Source of the DNA: Chiloscyllium plagiosum
Lineage: Eukaryota
Direction of reading: 5' to 3'
Assembly: GCF_004010195.1 (NCBI RefSeq)
Contig: NC_057718.1
Span: 31,643,479-31,707,478 of the forward strand
DNA: 64,000 bases
The first letter of the stretch is position 1; every line of letters starts with the position of its first letter. A model generated the notes under the pieces. It made no database searches and was not told the DNA's origin. It saw only the letters and a list, made by a program, of their open reading frames with translations. The position numbers and the translations under genes are program-made. Positions 63,239-64,000 of the stretch are shown piece after piece.

Positions 63239-64000
63239 ATGGCTCTTAACATTGCTAAAGGGGCTCTAGAGTTTTAAGATGCTTCCCAAATTTGCCAAGA
63301 AAGTTTAGAAAGATAGAGGAATTAGCAAATAGGCTAGAATTGGGTTTAACCAGGGACAAAGGAAAGCTGAAATTGCAATGGAGTTGGTCAAGCACGTAGG
63401 TGTATCAGAGAAACAGCGAAGTGCGGTGGGGTTGGAAAAAGTTACATTGCAATTGAGGCAAATAGAGTTAGAAGACGAAGAAAAAGAGAGAGAGAGAAAA
63501 AAAAGGAAAAAGAAAGGGAGAGAAGGTTCTTAGCTGAACAAAAAGAGAAAGAAGAAAGGGAGAGAGAATTTGAACTTCAGAAGTTGTGAATTAGTCAGGA
63601 AAGTCAAGATGGAGATGAAGAGAGAAGGTGCTGATGTATACAAATATGTTAAAACATTGCCACACTTTGATAAGAAAAATGTTGAAGCCTTCTTTATTTC
63701 ATTTGAAAAATTGGTTAGGCAGATAAAGTGGCCAGACAACTTGTGACTACTGCTAATTCTGACTAAGCTGGTAGGCAGAGCTAGTGAGGTATTTGCAGCA
63801 TTGTCAGATGAGGGGTCAAGAGATTATGCAGATGTTAAACATGTTATTTTGAGCACTTATGAATTGGAACCAGAAGCATATAGACAGCGGTTAAGAAACA
63901 TAAAGGAGGAACCAGGTCAGACTTGAGTTTGAAATATAGTAATTCTGATAGATGGGTGTATGTCTTAAGAATAGTCAAGGCCTACGAAGCTCTACAAGAG
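63239..64000 (+). pseudogene. Disrupted gag (SCAN-like capsid, Gmr1-type Gypsy), runs off the window
   Basis: LPHFDKKNVEAFFISFEKLVRQIKWPDNL*...LVGRASEVFAALS...DYADVKHVILSTYELEPEAYRQRLRNIKEEPGQT*, preceded by an E/K/R-rich coil. Confidence 0.85.

Noticed and set aside
1..64000. CRISPR arrays, tRNA/rRNA genes, prokaryotic systems
   Set aside because: None seen; tRNA-like boxes belong to SINE heads and the DNA is vertebrate.

Overview
Eukaryotic, repeat-rich vertebrate DNA. The repeat repertoire (HER1-like CR1 LINEs, tRNA/Deu-type SINEs, Penelope-like elements, Rex1/Babar) points to a cartilaginous fish, probably a shark; this is an inference. The only host coding sequence I can support is the last two coding exons of SRBD1 on the minus strand (26873-27057 and 18688-18977). 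About 27-64 kb is probably one long upstream intron, and 1-17 kb lies downstream of the gene. The rest is layered, decayed mobile DNA: CR1 LINEs, a Rex1/Babar LINE, Gypsy LTRs plus a SCAN-like gag, Tigger-like MITEs, a Harbinger-type Myb/SANT remnant and SINEs, with a GA microsatellite around an assembly gap. The most striking pattern is a set of 70-280 bp insertions made only of the hammerhead-ribozyme-bearing 3' terminus of Penelope-like elements. Most are head-to-head fold-backs with both 3' ends facing outward and 11-18 bp target-site duplications. Also notable are two abutting perfect palindromes in the last SRBD1 intron, a diverged 60-bp direct repeat bracketing a unique block, and several repeat-free, motif-dense blocks that may be conserved enhancers. 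Boundaries of old repeats are approximate.
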